From Eledone cirrhosa (lineage: Eukaryota), in assembly GCA_964016885.1 (NCBI GenBank), contig OZ024741.1:261392001-261456000 (forward strand): a DNA stretch of 64,000 nucleotides. Reading direction: 5' to 3'. A model generated the notes under the pieces. It saw only the letters and a program-made list of their open reading frames with translations. It was not told the DNA's origin and did no database searches. A program made the position numbers and the translations under genes. Of the stretch, positions 1-14,515 are shown piece after piece; positions within the stretch are counted from its first letter, which is position 1; each line of letters starts with the position of its first letter.

Positions 1-118
1 TTACGAGTGTTTCGACTTACGAGTGTTTTAACTTACGGGTGTTTCGACTTACGAATGTTCCGACTTACGAGTGTTTCTACTTACGAGTGTTTCGGCTTAC
101 GAGTGTTTCGACTTACGA

Positions 119-187
119 AAATAACAAATAGACGCGGTTTCAAATCTCTATGCTTTTCAAATTCATTACATTAATCTTTATTTATAC
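119..187. repeat. 69-bp AT-rich linker, copy 1
   Basis: AAATAACAAATAGACGCGGTTTCAAATCTCTATGCTTTTCAAATTCATTACATTAATCTTTATTTATAC; CTCT variant. Confidence 0.95.
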
Positions 188-3100
188 GTTTCGCTTTACG
201 AGTGTTTCGGCGTACGAGTGTTTCGACTTACGAGTGTTTTAACTTACGGTTGTTTCGACTTACGCGTTTTTCGACTACGAATGTTCCGACTTACGAGTGT
301 TTCGACTTACGAGTGTTTCGACTTACGAGTGCTTTGACTTACGAATGTTTTGACTTCGACTTACGAGTGATCTGACTTACGAGGGTTCCTACTTACGAGT
401 GTTTCGACTTACGAGTGTTTCGACTTGCGAGTGTTTCGACTTACGAGTGTTTCGGCTTACGAGTGTTTCGGTGTTTCGGCTTACGTGTGTTTCGACTTAC
501 GAGTGTTTCGACTTACGAGTGTTTCGACTTGCGAGTGTTTCGACTTACGAGTGTTTCGGCTTACGAGTGTTTCGGTGTTTCGGCTTACGTGTGTTTCGAC
601 TTCCGAGTCTTTCGACTTACGGGTGTTTTGACTTACGACTGTTTCGGCTTACGAGTGTTTTGACTTACGAGTGTTTTGACTTAAGGGTGTTTCGACTTAC
701 GAGTATTTTTGGCTTACGAGTGTTTCGACTTACGAGTGTTTTGACTTACGAGTGTTCTGATTTACGGATGTTTCGACATACGAGTGTTTCGACTTACGAG
801 TGTTTCGACTTATGAGTGTTTCGACTTACGAGTGTTTCGACTTACGAGTGTTTCGGCTTATGATTGTTTCGACTTACGAGTGTTTTGACTTACGGTGTTT
901 CAGCTTACGAGTGTTTCGACTTACGAGTGTTTTGACTTACGGGTGTTTTGACATACGAGTGTTTCGATACGAGTGTTCTGACTTACGAGTGTTCTGACTT
1001 ACGAGTGTTTTGACTTACGAGTGTTCTGACTTACGAGTGTTCCGACTTACGAGTGTTCCGACTTACGAGTGTTTCGGCTTACGAGTGTTTCCGGCTTACG
1101 AGTGTTTCGACTTACGAGTGTTTTGACTTACGGTGTTTCGGCTTACGAGTGATTCGACTTACGAATGTTTTGACTTACGGGTGTTTCGGCTTGCGAGTGT
1201 TTCGACTTACGAGTGTTTCGGCTTATGAGTGTTTCGACTTAATAATGTTTTTACTTACGAGTGTTCTGACTTACGAGTGTTCTGATTTACGAGTGTTCCG
1301 ACTTACGAGTGTTTCGGCTTACGAGTGTTTCGGCTTACGAGTGTTTCGACTTACGAGTGTTTCGACTTACGAGTGTACCGACTTACGGGTGTTTCGACTT
1401 ACGAGTGGTTTGGCTTACGGTGTTTCGGCTTACGAGTGTTTCGAGTTTCGAGTGTTTTGACTTACGCGTGTTTTGACATACGAGTGTTTCGATACGAGTG
1501 TTCTGACTTACGAGTGTTCTGACTTACGAGTGTTCTGACTTACGAGTGTTCCGACTTTACGAGTGTTTCGGCTCACGAGTGTTTCGGCTTACGAGTGTTT
1601 CGACATACGAGTGTTTCGACTTCCGAATGTTTTTGCTTACGGGTGTTTCGACTTACGAATGTTTTTGCTTACGAGTGTTTCGGTTTACGAGTGTTCCGAC
1701 TTACGAGTGTTCCGACTTAGGAGTGTTTCGGCTTACGAGTGTTTCCGGCTTACGAGTGTTTAGACTTACGAGTGTTTCGACTTTCGAGTGTTTTGACTTA
1801 CGGTGTTTCGGCTTACGAGTGATTCGACTTACGAGTGTTTTGACTTACGGGTGTTTTGACTTACGGGTGTTGTGAATTACCAGTGTTCCGATTTACGAGT
1901 GTTTTGACTTACGGTGTTTCGGCTTGCGAGTGTTTCGACTTACGAGTGTTTCGGTGTATGAATTTTTTGACATAAAGATGTTTCGACTTACGAGTGTTTC
2001 GACTTACGAGTGTTTCGGCTTACGTGAGTTTCGACTTAAGAGTGTTCTGATTTACGAGTCTTCTGACTTGCGGGTGTTCTGATTTACGAGTGTTCCGACT
2101 TACGAGTGTTTCGGCTTATGAGTGTTCTGACTTACGAGTGTTCTGACTTACGAGTGTTCTGACTTACGAGTGTTCTGACTTACGAATGTTTTGACTTACG
2201 GGTGTTTCGGCTTACGAGTGTTTCGACTTACGAGTGTTTCGGCTTACGAGTGTTTCGACTTACTAATGTTTTTACTTACGAGTGTTTCGGCGTACGAGAG
2301 TTTTGACTTACGAGTGTTTCGACTTACGAGTGTTTTGACTTACGAATGTTTTGACTTACGGGTGTTTCGGCTTATGAGTGTTTCGACTTACGAGTCTTTC
2401 GGCTTACGAGTGTTTCGACTTACTAATGTTTTTACTTACGAGTGTTTCGGCGTACGAGTGTTTCGACTTACGAGTGTTTCGACTTACGGGTGTTTTGACT
2501 TACGGATGTTTCGGCTTACGAGTGTTTCGACTTACGAGTGTTTTGACTTAAGGGTGTTTCAACTTACGAGTATTTTTGGCTTACGAGTGTTTCGACTTAC
2601 GAGTGTTTTGACTTACGAGTGTTCTGATTTACGGATGTTTCGACATACGAGTGTTTCGACTTACGAATGTTTCGACTTATGAGTGTTTCGACTTACGAGT
2701 GTTTCGGCTTACGAGTGTTTCGACTTACGAATGTTTTGACTTACGGTGTTTCGGCTTACGAGTGCTTCGACTTACGAGTGTTTTGACTTACGGGTGTTTT
2801 GACATACGAGTGTTTCGATACGAGTGTTCTGACTTACGAGTGTTTTGACTTACGAGTGTTCTGACTTACGAGTGTTCCGACTTACGAGTGTTCCGACTTA
2901 CGAGTGTTTCGGCTTACGAGTGTTTCCGGCTTACGAGTGTTTCGACTTCCGAGTGTTTTGACTTACGGGTGTTTTGACTTACGACTGTTTCGGCTTACGA
3001 GTGTTTTGACTTACGAGTGTTTTGACTTAATTGTGTTTCGACTTACGAGTATTTTTGGCTTACGAGTGTTTCGACTTACGAGTGTTTTGACTTACGGGTG

Positions 3101-3272
3101 TTTTGACATACGAGTGTTTCGATACGAGTGTTCTGACTTACGAGTGTTCTGACTTACGAGTGTTTTGCCTTACGAGTGTTCTGACTTACGAGTGTTCTGA
3201 CTTACGAGTGTTCCGTCTTTACGAGTGTTTCCGCTCACGAGTGTTTCGGCTTACGAGTGTTTCGACTTACGA

Positions 3273-3341
3273 AAATAACAAATAGACGCGGTTTCAAATC
3301 TCTATGCTTTTCAAATTCATTACATTAATCTTTATTTATAC
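3273..3341. repeat. 69-bp linker, copy 2
   Basis: CTCT variant. Confidence 0.95.
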
Positions 3342-5155
3342 GTTTCGCTTTACGAGTGTTTCGACTTACGAGTCTTTCGACATACGAGTGTTTCAGCTTA
3401 CGAGTGTTTTGATTTACGAGTGTTTTGACTTACGGGTGTTTCGACTTACGCGTGTTTCGACTTACGAGTGTTTCGGCTTACGAGTGTTTCGACTTACGAG
3501 TGTTTCGGCTTACGAGTGTTTCGGCTTACGAGTGTTTCCGGCTTACGAGTGTTTCGACTTACGAGTGTTTTGACTTACGGTGTTTCGGCTTACGAGTGAT
3601 TCGACTTACGAGTGTTTTGACTTACGGGTGTTTTGACTTACGGGTGTTGTGAATTACGAGTGTTCCGATTTACGAGTGTTTCGGCTTATGAGTGTTTCGA
3701 CTTACGAGTGTTTCGGCTTACGAGTGTTTCGACTTATGGGTGTTTCGACTTACGAGTGTTTTTACTTACGGTGTTTCGGCTTACGAGTGTTTCGACATAC
3801 GAGTGTTCAGACTTACGAGTGTTCCGACTTACGAGCGTTCCGACTTACGAGTGTTTCGACTTACGAGTGTTAAGACTTACGGGTGTTTTGACATACGAGT
3901 GTTTCGATACGAGTGTTTCGACTTACGAGTGTTACGAGTGTTCTGACTTACGAGTGTTCTGACTTACGAGTGTTCTGACTTACGAGTGTTCTGACTTACG
4001 ACCGTTCTGACTTACGAGTGTTCGGACTTACGAGTGTTTCGGCTTACGAGTGTTTCAACTAACGAGTGTTCTGACTTACGAGTGTTCCGACTTACGAGCG
4101 TTCCGACTTACGAGTGTTTCGGCTTACAAGTGTTCCGACTTACGAGTGTTTCGACTTACGAGTGTTAAGACTTACGGGTGTTTTGACATACGAGTGTTTC
4201 GATACGAGTGTTTCGACTTACGAGTGTTACGAGTGTTCTGACTTACGAGTGTTTCGACTTACGAGTGTTATGACCTACAAGTGTTCTGACTTACGAGTGT
4301 TTCGACTTACGATTGTTTTTTTCACTTACGGGTGTTTCGACTTACGCGTGTTTCGATTTACGAGTGTTTAGACTTACGAGTGTTTCGACTACGAATGTTC
4401 CGACTTACGAGTGTTTCGACTTACGAGTGTTTCGACTTACGGGTGGTCTGACTTACGGGTGTTCTGACTTACCAGTGTTCCGATTTACGAGTGTTTCAGC
4501 TTATGAGTGTTTCGACTTAAGAGTGCTTCGGTTTACGAGTGTTTCGACTTACGAGTGTTTCGGCTTATGAGTGTTTCGACTTACGAGTGTTTTGACTTAT
4601 GGTGTTTCGGCTTACGAGTGTTTCGACATACGAGTGTTTTGACTTACGGGTGTTTCGACTTACCGGTGTTTCGACGTAAGAGTGTTTCGACTTACGAGCG
4701 CTTCGACATACGAGTGTTTCGACTTACGAGTGTTTCGGCGTACGAGTGTTTTGACTTACGAGTGTTTCGACTTACGAGTGCTTTGACTTACGAATGTTTT
4801 GAATTACTTCGACTTACGAGTGATCTGACTTACGAGTGTTCCTACTTACGAGTGTTTCGACTTACGAATGTTTCGATTTGCGAGTGTTTCGACTTACGAG
4901 TGTTTCGACTTACGAGTGTTCTGACTTACGAGTGTTCTGACTTACGAGTGTTCTGACTTACGAGTGTTCCGACTTACGAGTGTTTCGACTTACGAGTGTT
5001 TTGACTTACGAATGTTCTGACTTACGGGTGTTTCGCCTTACGAGTGTTTCGACTTACGAGTGTTTTAACTTACGGGTGTTTCGACTTACGAATGTTCCGA
5101 CTTACGAGTGTTTCTACTTACGAGTGTTTCGGCTTACGAGTGTTTCGACTTACGA

Positions 5156-5224
5156 AAATAACAAATAGATGCGGTTTCAAATCTCTATGCTTTTCAAATT
5201 CATTACATTAATATTTATTTATAC
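5156..5224. repeat. 69-bp linker, copy 3
   Basis: CTCT variant with private GATGCG and AATATT changes. Confidence 0.95.
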
Positions 5225-8200
5225 GTTTCGCTTTACGAGTGTTTCGGCGTACGAGTGTTTCGACTTACGAGTGTTTTAACTTACGGGTGTTTCGACTTAC
5301 GCGTTTTTCGACTACGAATGTTCCGACTTACGAGTGTTTCGACTTACGAGTGTTTCGACTTACGAGTGCTTTGACTTACGAATGTTTTGACTTCGACATA
5401 CGAGTGATCTGACTTACGAGGGTTCCTACTTACGAGTGTTTCGACTTACGAGTGTTTCGACTTGCGAGTGTTTCGACTTACGAGTGTTTCGGCTTACGAG
5501 TGTTTCGGTGTTTCGGCTTACGTGTGTTTCGACTTAAGAGTGTTTCGACTTACGAGTGTATCGATTTGCGAGTGTTTCGACTTACGAGTGTTTCGGCTTA
5601 CGAGTGTTTCGGTGTTTCGGCTTACGTGTGTTTCGATTTCCGAGTGTTTCGACTTACGGGTGTTTTGACTTACGACTGTTTCGGCTTACGAGTGTTTTGA
5701 CTTACGAGTGTTTTGACTTAATTGTGTTTCGACTTACGAGTATTTTTGGCTTACGAGTGTTTCGACTTACGAGTGTTTTGACTTACGAGTGTTCTGATTT
5801 ACGGATGTTTCGACATACGAGTGTTTCGACTTACGAGTGTTTCGACTTACGAGTGTTTCGGCTTATGATTGTTTCGACTTACGAGTGTTTTGACTTACGG
5901 TGTTTCAGCTTACGAGTGTTTCGACTTACGAGTGTTTTGACTTACGGGTGTTTTGACATACGAGTGTTTCGATACGAGTGTTCTGACTTACGAGTGTTCT
6001 GACTTACGAGTGTTTTGACTTACGAGTGTTCTGACTTACGAGTGTTCCGACTTACGAGTGTTCCGACTTACGAGTGTTTCGGCTTACGAGTGTTTCCGGC
6101 TTACGAGTGTTTCGACTTACGAGTGTTTTGACTTACGGTGTTTCGGCTTACGAGTGATTCGACTTACGAATGTTTTGACTTACGGGGTTTCGGCTTGCGA
6201 GTGTTTCGACTTACGGTGTTTCGGCTTATGAGTGTTTCGACTTAATAATGTTTTTACTTACGAGTGTTCTGACTTACGAGTGTTCTGATTTACGAGTGTT
6301 CCGACTTACGAGTGTTTCGGCTTACGAGTGTTTCGGCTTACGAGTGTTTCGACTTACGAGTGTTTCGACTTACGAGTGTTCCGACTTACGGGTGTTTCGA
6401 CTTACGAGTGGTTTGGCTTACGGTGTTTCGGCTTACGAGTGTTTCGAGTTTCGAGTGTTTTGACTTACGCGTGTTTTGACATACGAGTGTTTCGATACGA
6501 GTGTTCTGACTTACGAGTGTTCTGACTTACGAGTGTTCTGACTTACGAGTGTTCCGACTTTACGAGTGTTTCGGCTCACGAGTGTTTCGGCTTACGAGTG
6601 TTTCGACATACGAGTGTTTCGACTTCCGAATGTTTTTGCTTACGGGTGTTTCGACTTACGAATGTTTTTGCTTACGAGTGTTTCGGTTTACGAGTGTTCC
6701 GACTTACGAGTGTTCCGACTTAGGAGTGTTTCGGCTTACGAGTGTTTCCGGCTTACGAGTGTTTAGACTTACGAGTGTTTCGACTTTCGAGTGTTTTGAC
6801 TTACGGTGTTTCGGCTTACGAGTGATTCGACTTACGAGTGTTTTGACTTACGGGTGTTTTGACTTACGGGTGTTGTGAATTACCAGTGTTCCGATTTACG
6901 AGTGTTTTGACTTACGGTGTTTCGGCTTGCGAGTGTTTCGACTTACGAGTGTTTCGGCTTATGAGTGTTTCGACTTACTAATGTTTTTACTTACGAGTGT
7001 TTCGGCGTTCGAGTGTTTTGACTTACGAGTGTTTCGACTTATGAGTGTTTCGATTTACGAGTGTTCTGACTTACGAGTGTTCTGAATTACGAGTGTTCCG
7101 ACTTACGAGTGTTTCGGTTTACGAGTGTTTCGACATACGAGTGTTTTGACTTACGGGTGTTTCGACTTACGGGTGTTTCGACTTACGAGTGTTTCGGCTT
7201 ACGAGTGTTTTGACTTACTAATGTTTTTACTTACGAGTGTTTCGGTGTATGAATGTTTTGACATAAAGATGTTTCGACTTACGAGTGTTTCGACTTACGA
7301 GTGTTTCGGCTTACGTGAGTTTCGACTTAAGAGTGTTCTGATTTACGAGTCTTCTGACTTGCGGGTGTTCTGATTTACGAGTGTTCCGACTTACGAGTGT
7401 TTCGGCTTATGAGTGTTCTGACTTACGAGTGTTCTGACTTACGAGTGTTCTGACTTACGAGTGTTCTGACTTACGAATGTTTTGACTTACGGGTGTTTCG
7501 GCTTACGAGTGTTTCGACTTACGAGTGTTTCGGCTTACGAGTGTTTCGACTTACTAATGTTTTTACTTACGAGTGTTTCGGCGTACGAGAGTTTTGACTT
7601 ACGAGTGTTTCGACTTACGAGTGTTTTGACTTACGAATGTTTCGGCTTACGAGTGTTTCGACTTACGAGTGTTTTGACTTAAGGGTGTTTCAACTTACGA
7701 GTATTTTTGGCTTACGAGTGTTTCGACTTACGAGTGTTTTGACTTACGAGTGTTCTGATTTACGGATGTTTCGACATACGAGTTTCGACTTACGAATGTT
7801 TCGACTTATGAGTGTTTCGACTTACGAGTGTTTCGGCTTACGAGTGTTTCGACTTACGAGTGTTTTGACTTACGGTGTTTCGGCTTACGAGTGCTTCGAC
7901 TTACGAGTGTTTTGACTTACGGGTGTTTTGACATACGAGTGTTTCGATACGAGTGTTCTGACTTACGAGTGTTTTGACTTACGAGTGTTCTGACTTACGA
8001 GTGTTCCGACTTACGAGTGTTCCGACTTACGAGTGTTTCGGCTTACGAGTGTTTCCGGCTTACGAGTGTTTCGACTTCCGAGTGTTTTGACTTACGGTGT
8101 TTCGGCTTACGAGTGATTCGACTTACGAATGTTTTGACTTACGGGTGTTTCGGCTTGCGAGTGTTTCGACTTACGAGTGTTTCGGCTTATGGGTGTTTCG

Positions 8201-10511
8201 ACTTACTAATGTTTTTACTTACGAGTGTTTCGGCGTACGAGTGTTTTGACTTACGAGTCTTTCGACTTACGAGTGTTTCGACTTACGAGTGTTTCGGCTT
8301 ACGTGAGTTTCGACTTAAGATTGTTCTGATTTACGAGTGTTCTGACTTGCGGGTGTTCTGATTTACGAGTGTTCCGACTTACGAGTGTTTCGGCTTATGA
8401 GTGTTTCAACTTACGAGTGTTTCGGCTTACGAGTGTTTCGACTTCCGAGTGTTTTTACTTACGGTGTTTCGGCTTACGAGTGTTTCGACATACGAGTATT
8501 TTGACTTACGGGTGTTTCGACTTACGAGTGTTTTGACTTACGAATGTTTTGAGTTACGGGTGTTTCGGCTTACGAGTGTTTCGACTTACGAGTGTTTCGG
8601 CTTACGAGTGTTTCGACTTACTAATGTTCTTACTTACGAGTGTTTCGGCGTACGAGAGTTTTGACTTACGAGTGTTTCGACTTACGAGTGTTTCGACTTA
8701 CGAGTGTTTTGACTTACCAATGTTTTGACTTACGGGTGTTTCGGCTTACGAGTGTTTCGACTTACGAGTGTTTCGGCTTACGAGTGTTTCGACTTACTAA
8801 TGTTCTTACTTACGAGTGTTTCGGCGTACGAGAGTTTTGACTTACGAGTGTTTCGACTTACGAGTGTTTCGACTTACGAGTGTTTTGACTTACCAATGTT
8901 TTGACTTACGTGTGTTTCGGCTTACGAGTGTTTAGACTTACGAGTCTTTCGGCTTACGAGTGTTTCGACTTACTAATGTTCTTACTTACGAGTGTTTCGG
9001 CGTACGAGAGTTTTGACTTACGAGTGTTCTGACTTACGAGTGTTCTGACTTACGAGTGTTCTGACTTACGAGTGTTCTGACTTACGAGTGTTCCGACTTT
9101 ACGAGTGTTTCGGCTCACGAATGTTTTGGCTTACGGTGTTTCGGCTTACGAGTGTTTCGAGTTACGAGTGTTTTGACTTACGCGTGTTTTGACATACGAG
9201 TGTTTCGATACGAGTGTTCTGACTTACGAGTATTCTGACTTACGAGTGTTCTGACTTACGAGTGTTCTGACTTACGAGTGTTCTGACTTACGAGTGTTCC
9301 GTCTTTACGAGTGTTCTGACTTACGAGTGTTCTGACTTACGAGTGTTCTGACTTACGAGCGTTCTGACTTACGAGTGTTCGGACTTACGAGTGTTTCGGC
9401 TTACGAGTGTTTCGACTAACGAGTGTTCTGACTTACGAGTGTTCCGACTTACGAGAGTTCCGACTTACGAGTGTTTCGGCTTACAAGTGTTCCGACTTAC
9501 GAGTGTTTCGACTTACGAGTGTTTTGACTTACGGTGTTTCTGCTTACGAGTGTTTCGACTTACGACTGTTAAGACTTACGGGTGTTTTGACATACGAGTG
9601 TTTCGATACGAGTGTTTCGACTTACGAGTGTTACGAGTGTTCTGACTTACGAGTGTTTCGACTTACGATTGTTTTTTTCACTTACGGGTGTTTCGACTTA
9701 CGCGTCTTTCGATTTACGAGTGTTTAGACTTACGAGTGTTTCGACTACGAATGTTCCGACTTACGAGTGTTTCGACTTACGAGTGTTTCGACTTACGGGT
9801 GGTCTGACTTACGGGTGTTCTGACTTACCAGTGTTCCGACTTACGAGTGTTTCAGCTTATGAGTGTTTCGACATACGAGTGCTTCGGTTTACGAGTGTTT
9901 CGACTTACGAGTGTTTCGGCTTATGAGTGTTTCGACTTACGAGTGTTTTGACTTATGGTGTTTCGGCTTACGAGTGTTTCGACATACGAGTGTTTTGACT
10001 TACGGGTGTTTCGACTTACGGGTGTTTCGACGTAAGAGTGTTTCGAATTACGAGCGCTTCGACATACGAGTGTTTCGACTTACGAGTGTTTCGGCGTACG
10101 AGTATTTTGACTTACGAGTGTTTCGACTTACGAGTGCTTTGACTTACGAATGTTTTGAATTACTTCGACTTACGAGTGATCTGACTTACGAGTGTTCCTA
10201 CTTACGAGTGTTTCGACTTACGAGTGTTTCGACTTGCGAGTGTTTCGACTTACGAGTGTTTCGACTTACGAGTGTTCTGACTTACGAGTGTTCTGACTTA
10301 CGAGTGTTCTGACTTACGAGTGTTCCGACTTACGAGTGTTTCGACTTACGAGTGTTTTGACTTACGAATGTTCTGACTTACGGGTGTTTCGCCTTACGAG
10401 TGTTTCGACTTACGAGTGTTTTAACTTACGGGTGTTTCGACTTACGAATGTTCCGACTTACGAGTGTTTCTACTTACGAGTGTTTCGGCTTACGAGTGTT
10501 TCGACTTACGA

Positions 10512-10580
10512 AAATAACAAATAGACGCGGTTTCAAATCTCTATGCTTTTCAAATTCATTACATTAATCTTTATTTATAC
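10512..10580. repeat. 69-bp linker, copy 4
   Basis: CTCT variant. Confidence 0.95.
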
Positions 10581-13500
10581 GTTTCGCTTTACGAGTGTTT
10601 CGGCGTACGAGTGTTTCGACTTACGAGTGTTTTAACTTACGGTTGTTTCGACTTACGCGTTTTTCGACTACGAATGTTCCGACTTACGAGTGTTTCGACT
10701 TACGAGTGTTTCGACTTACGAGTGCTTTGACTTACGAATGTTTTGACTTCGACTTACGAGTGATCTGACTTACGAGGGTTCCTACTTACGAGTGTTTCGA
10801 CTTACGAGTGTTTCGACTTGCGAGTGTTTCGACTTACGAGTGTTTCGGCTTACGAGTGTTTCGGTGTTTCGGCTTACGTGTGTTTCGACTTACGAGTGTT
10901 TCGACTTACGAGTGTTTCGACTTGCGAGTGTTTCGACTTACGAGTGTTTCGGCTTACGAGTGTTTCGGTGTTTCGGCTTACGTGTGTTTCGACTTCCGAG
11001 TCTTTCGACTTACGGGTGTTTTGACTTACGACTGTTTCGGCTTACGAGTGTTTTGACTTACGAGTGTTTTGACTTAAGGGTGTTTCGACTTACGAGTATT
11101 TTTGGCTTACGAGTGTTTCGACTTACGAGTGTTTTGACTTACGAGTGTTCTGATTTACGGATGTTTCGACATACGAGTGTTTCGACTTACGAGTGTTTCG
11201 ACTTATGAGTGTTTCGACTTACGAGTGTTTCGACTTACGAGTGTTTCGGCTTATGATTGTTTCGACTTACGAGTGTTTTGACTTACGGTGTTTCAGCTTA
11301 CGAGTGTTTCGACTTACGAGTGTTTTGACTTACGGGTGTTTTGACATACGAGTGTTTCGATACGAGTGTTCTGACTTACGAGTGTTCTGACTTACGAGTG
11401 TTTTGACTTACGAGTGTTCTGACTTACGAGTGTTCCGACTTACGAGTGTTCCGACTTACGAGTGTTTCGGCTTACGAGTGTTTCCGGCTTACGAGTGTTT
11501 CGACTTACGAGTGTTTTGACTTACGGTGTTTCGGCTTACGAGTGATTCGACTTACGAATGTTTTGACTTACGGGTGTTTCGGCTTGCGAGTGTTTCGACT
11601 TACGAGTGTTTCGGCTTATGAGTGTTTCGACTTAATAATGTTTTTACTTACGAGTGTTCTGACTTACGAGTGTTCTGATTTACGAGTGTTCCGACTTACG
11701 AGTGTTTCGGCTTACGAGTGTTTCGGCTTACGAGTGTTTCGACTTACGAGTGTTTCGACTTACGAGTGTACCGACTTACGGGTGTTTCGACTTACGAGTG
11801 GTTTGGCTTACGGTGTTTCGGCTTACGAGTGTTTCGAGTTTCGAGTGTTTTGACTTACGCGTGTTTTGACATACGAGTGTTTCGATACGAGTGTTCTGAC
11901 TTACGAGTGTTCTGACTTACGAGTGTTCTGACTTACGAGTGTTCCGACTTTACGAGTGTTTCGGCTCACGAGTGTTTCGGCTTACGAGTGTTTCGACATA
12001 CGAGTGTTTCGACTTCCGAATGTTTTTGCTTACGGGTGTTTCGACTTACGAATGTTTTTGCTTACGAGTGTTTCGGTTTACGAGTGTTCCGACTTACGAG
12101 TGTTCCGACTTAGGAGTGTTTCGGCTTACGAGTGTTTCCGGCTTACGAGTGTTTAGACTTACGAGTGTTTCGACTTTCGAGTGTTTTGACTTACGGTGTT
12201 TCGGCTTACGAGTGATTCGACTTACGAGTGTTTTGACTTACGGGTGTTTTGACTTACGGGTGTTGTGAATTACCAGTGTTCCGATTTACGAGTGTTTTGA
12301 CTTACGGTGTTTCGGCTTGCGAGTGTTTCGACTTACGAGTGTTTCGGTGTATGAATTTTTTGACATAAAGATGTTTCGACTTACGAGTGTTTCGACTTAC
12401 GAGTGTTTCGGCTTACGTGAGTTTCGACTTAAGAGTGTTCTGATTTACGAGTCTTCTGACTTGCGGGTGTTCTGATTTACGAGTGTTCCGACTTACGAGT
12501 GTTTCGGCTTATGAGTGTTCTGACTTACGAGTGTTCTGACTTACGAGTGTTCTGACTTACGAGTGTTCTGACTTACGAATGTTTTGACTTACGGGTGTTT
12601 CGGCTTACGAGTGTTTCGACTTACGAGTGTTTCGGCTTACGAGTGTTTCGACTTACTAATGTTTTTACTTACGAGTGTTTCGGCGTACGAGAGTTTTGAC
12701 TTACGAGTGTTTCGACTTACGAGTGTTTTGACTTACGAATGTTTTGACTTACGGGTGTTTCGGCTTATGAGTGTTTCGACTTACGAGTCTTTCGGCTTAC
12801 GAGTGTTTCGACTTACTAATGTTTTTACTTACGAGTGTTTCGGCGTACGAGTGTTTCGACTTACGAGTGTTTCGACTTACGGGTGTTTTGACTTACGGAT
12901 GTTTCGGCTTACGAGTGTTTCGACTTACGAGTGTTTTGACTTAAGGGTGTTTCAACTTACGAGTATTTTTGGCTTACGAGTGTTTCGACTTACGAGTGTT
13001 TTGACTTACGAGTGTTCTGATTTACGGATGTTTCGACATACGAGTGTTTCGACTTACGAATGTTTCGACTAATGAGTGTTTCGACTTACGAGTGTTTCGG
13101 CTTACGAGTGTTTCGACTTACGAATGTTTTGACTTACGGTGTTTCGGCTTACGAGTGCTTCGACTTACGAGTGTTTTGACTTACGGGTGTTTTGACATAC
13201 GAGTGTTTCGATACGAGTGTTCTGACTTACGAGTGTTTTGACTTACGAGTGTTCTGACTTACGAGTGTTCCGACTTACGAGTGTTCCGACTTACGAGTGT
13301 TTCGGCTTACGAGTGTTTCCGGCTTACGAGTGTTTCGACTTCCGAGTGTTTTGACTTACGGTGTTTCGGCTTACGAGTGATTCGACTTACGAATGTTTTG
13401 ACTTACGGGTGTTTCGGCTTGCGAGTGTTTCGACTTACGAGTGTTTCGGCTTATGGGTGTTTCGACTTACTAATGTTTTTACTTACGAGTGTTTCGGCGT

Positions 13501-14446
13501 ACGAGTGTTTTGACTTACGAGTCTTTCGACTTACGAGTGTTTCGACTTACGAGTGTTTCGGCTTACGTGAGTTTCGACTTAAGATTGTTCTGATTTACGA
13601 GTGTTCTGACTTGCGGGTGTTCTGATTTACGAGTGTTCCGACTTACGAGTGTTTCGGCTTATGAGTGTTTCAACTTACGAGTGTTTCGGCTTACGAGTGT
13701 TTCGACTTCCGAGTGTTTTTACTTACGGTGTTTCGGCTTACGAGTGTTTCGACATACGAGTATTTTGACTTACGGGTGTTTCGACTTACGAGTGTTTTGA
13801 CTTACGAATGTTTTGACTTACGGGTGTTTCGGCTTACGAGTGTTTCGACTTACGCGTGTTTCGGCTTACGAGTGTTTCGACTTACTAATGTTCTTACTTA
13901 CGAGTGTTTCGGCGTACGAGAGTTTTGACTTACGAGTGTTTCGACTTACGAGTGTTTCGACTTACGAGTGTTTTGACTTACCAATGTTTTGACTTACGTT
14001 TGTTTCGGCTTACGAGTGTTTCGACTTACGAGTCTTTCGGCTTACGAGTGTTTCGACTTACTAATGTTCTTACTTACGAGTGTTTCGGCGTACGAGAGTT
14101 TTGACTTACGAGTGTTCTGACTTACGAGTGTTCTGACTTACGAGTGTTCTGACTTACGAGTGTTCTGACTTACGAGTGTTCCGACTTTACGAGTGTTTCG
14201 GCTCACGAATGTTTTGGCTTACGGTGTTTCGGCTTACGAGTGTTTCGAGTTACGAGTGTTTTGACTTACGCGTGTTTTGACATACGAGTGTTTCGATACG
14301 AGTGTTCTGACTTACGAGTATTCTGACTTACGAGTGTTCTGACTTACGAGTGTTCTGACTTACGAGTGTTCTGACTTACGAGTGTTCCGTCTTTACGAGT
14401 GTTTCCGCTCACGAGTGTTTCGGCTTACGAGTGTTTCGATTTACGA

Positions 14447-14515
14447 AAATAACAAATAGACGCGGTTTCAAATCTCTATGCTTTTCAAATTCATTACATT
14501 AATCTTTATTTATAC
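14447..14515. repeat. 69-bp linker, copy 5
   Basis: CTCT variant. Confidence 0.95.

Larger units (their letters stand above)
1..13359 (+). repeat. Block duplication ~1-2966 / ~10394-13359 (offset 10393)
   Basis: Same variant order; ORF-track pairs 399/10792, 1546/11939 and 2651/13044. Confidence 0.9.

Noticed and set aside
112-187. Linker as a minus-strand GT..AG intron
   Set aside because: The donor (GTATAA) and acceptor (AAG) are weak, splicing would not restore a monomer, and the minus strand has no open frame.
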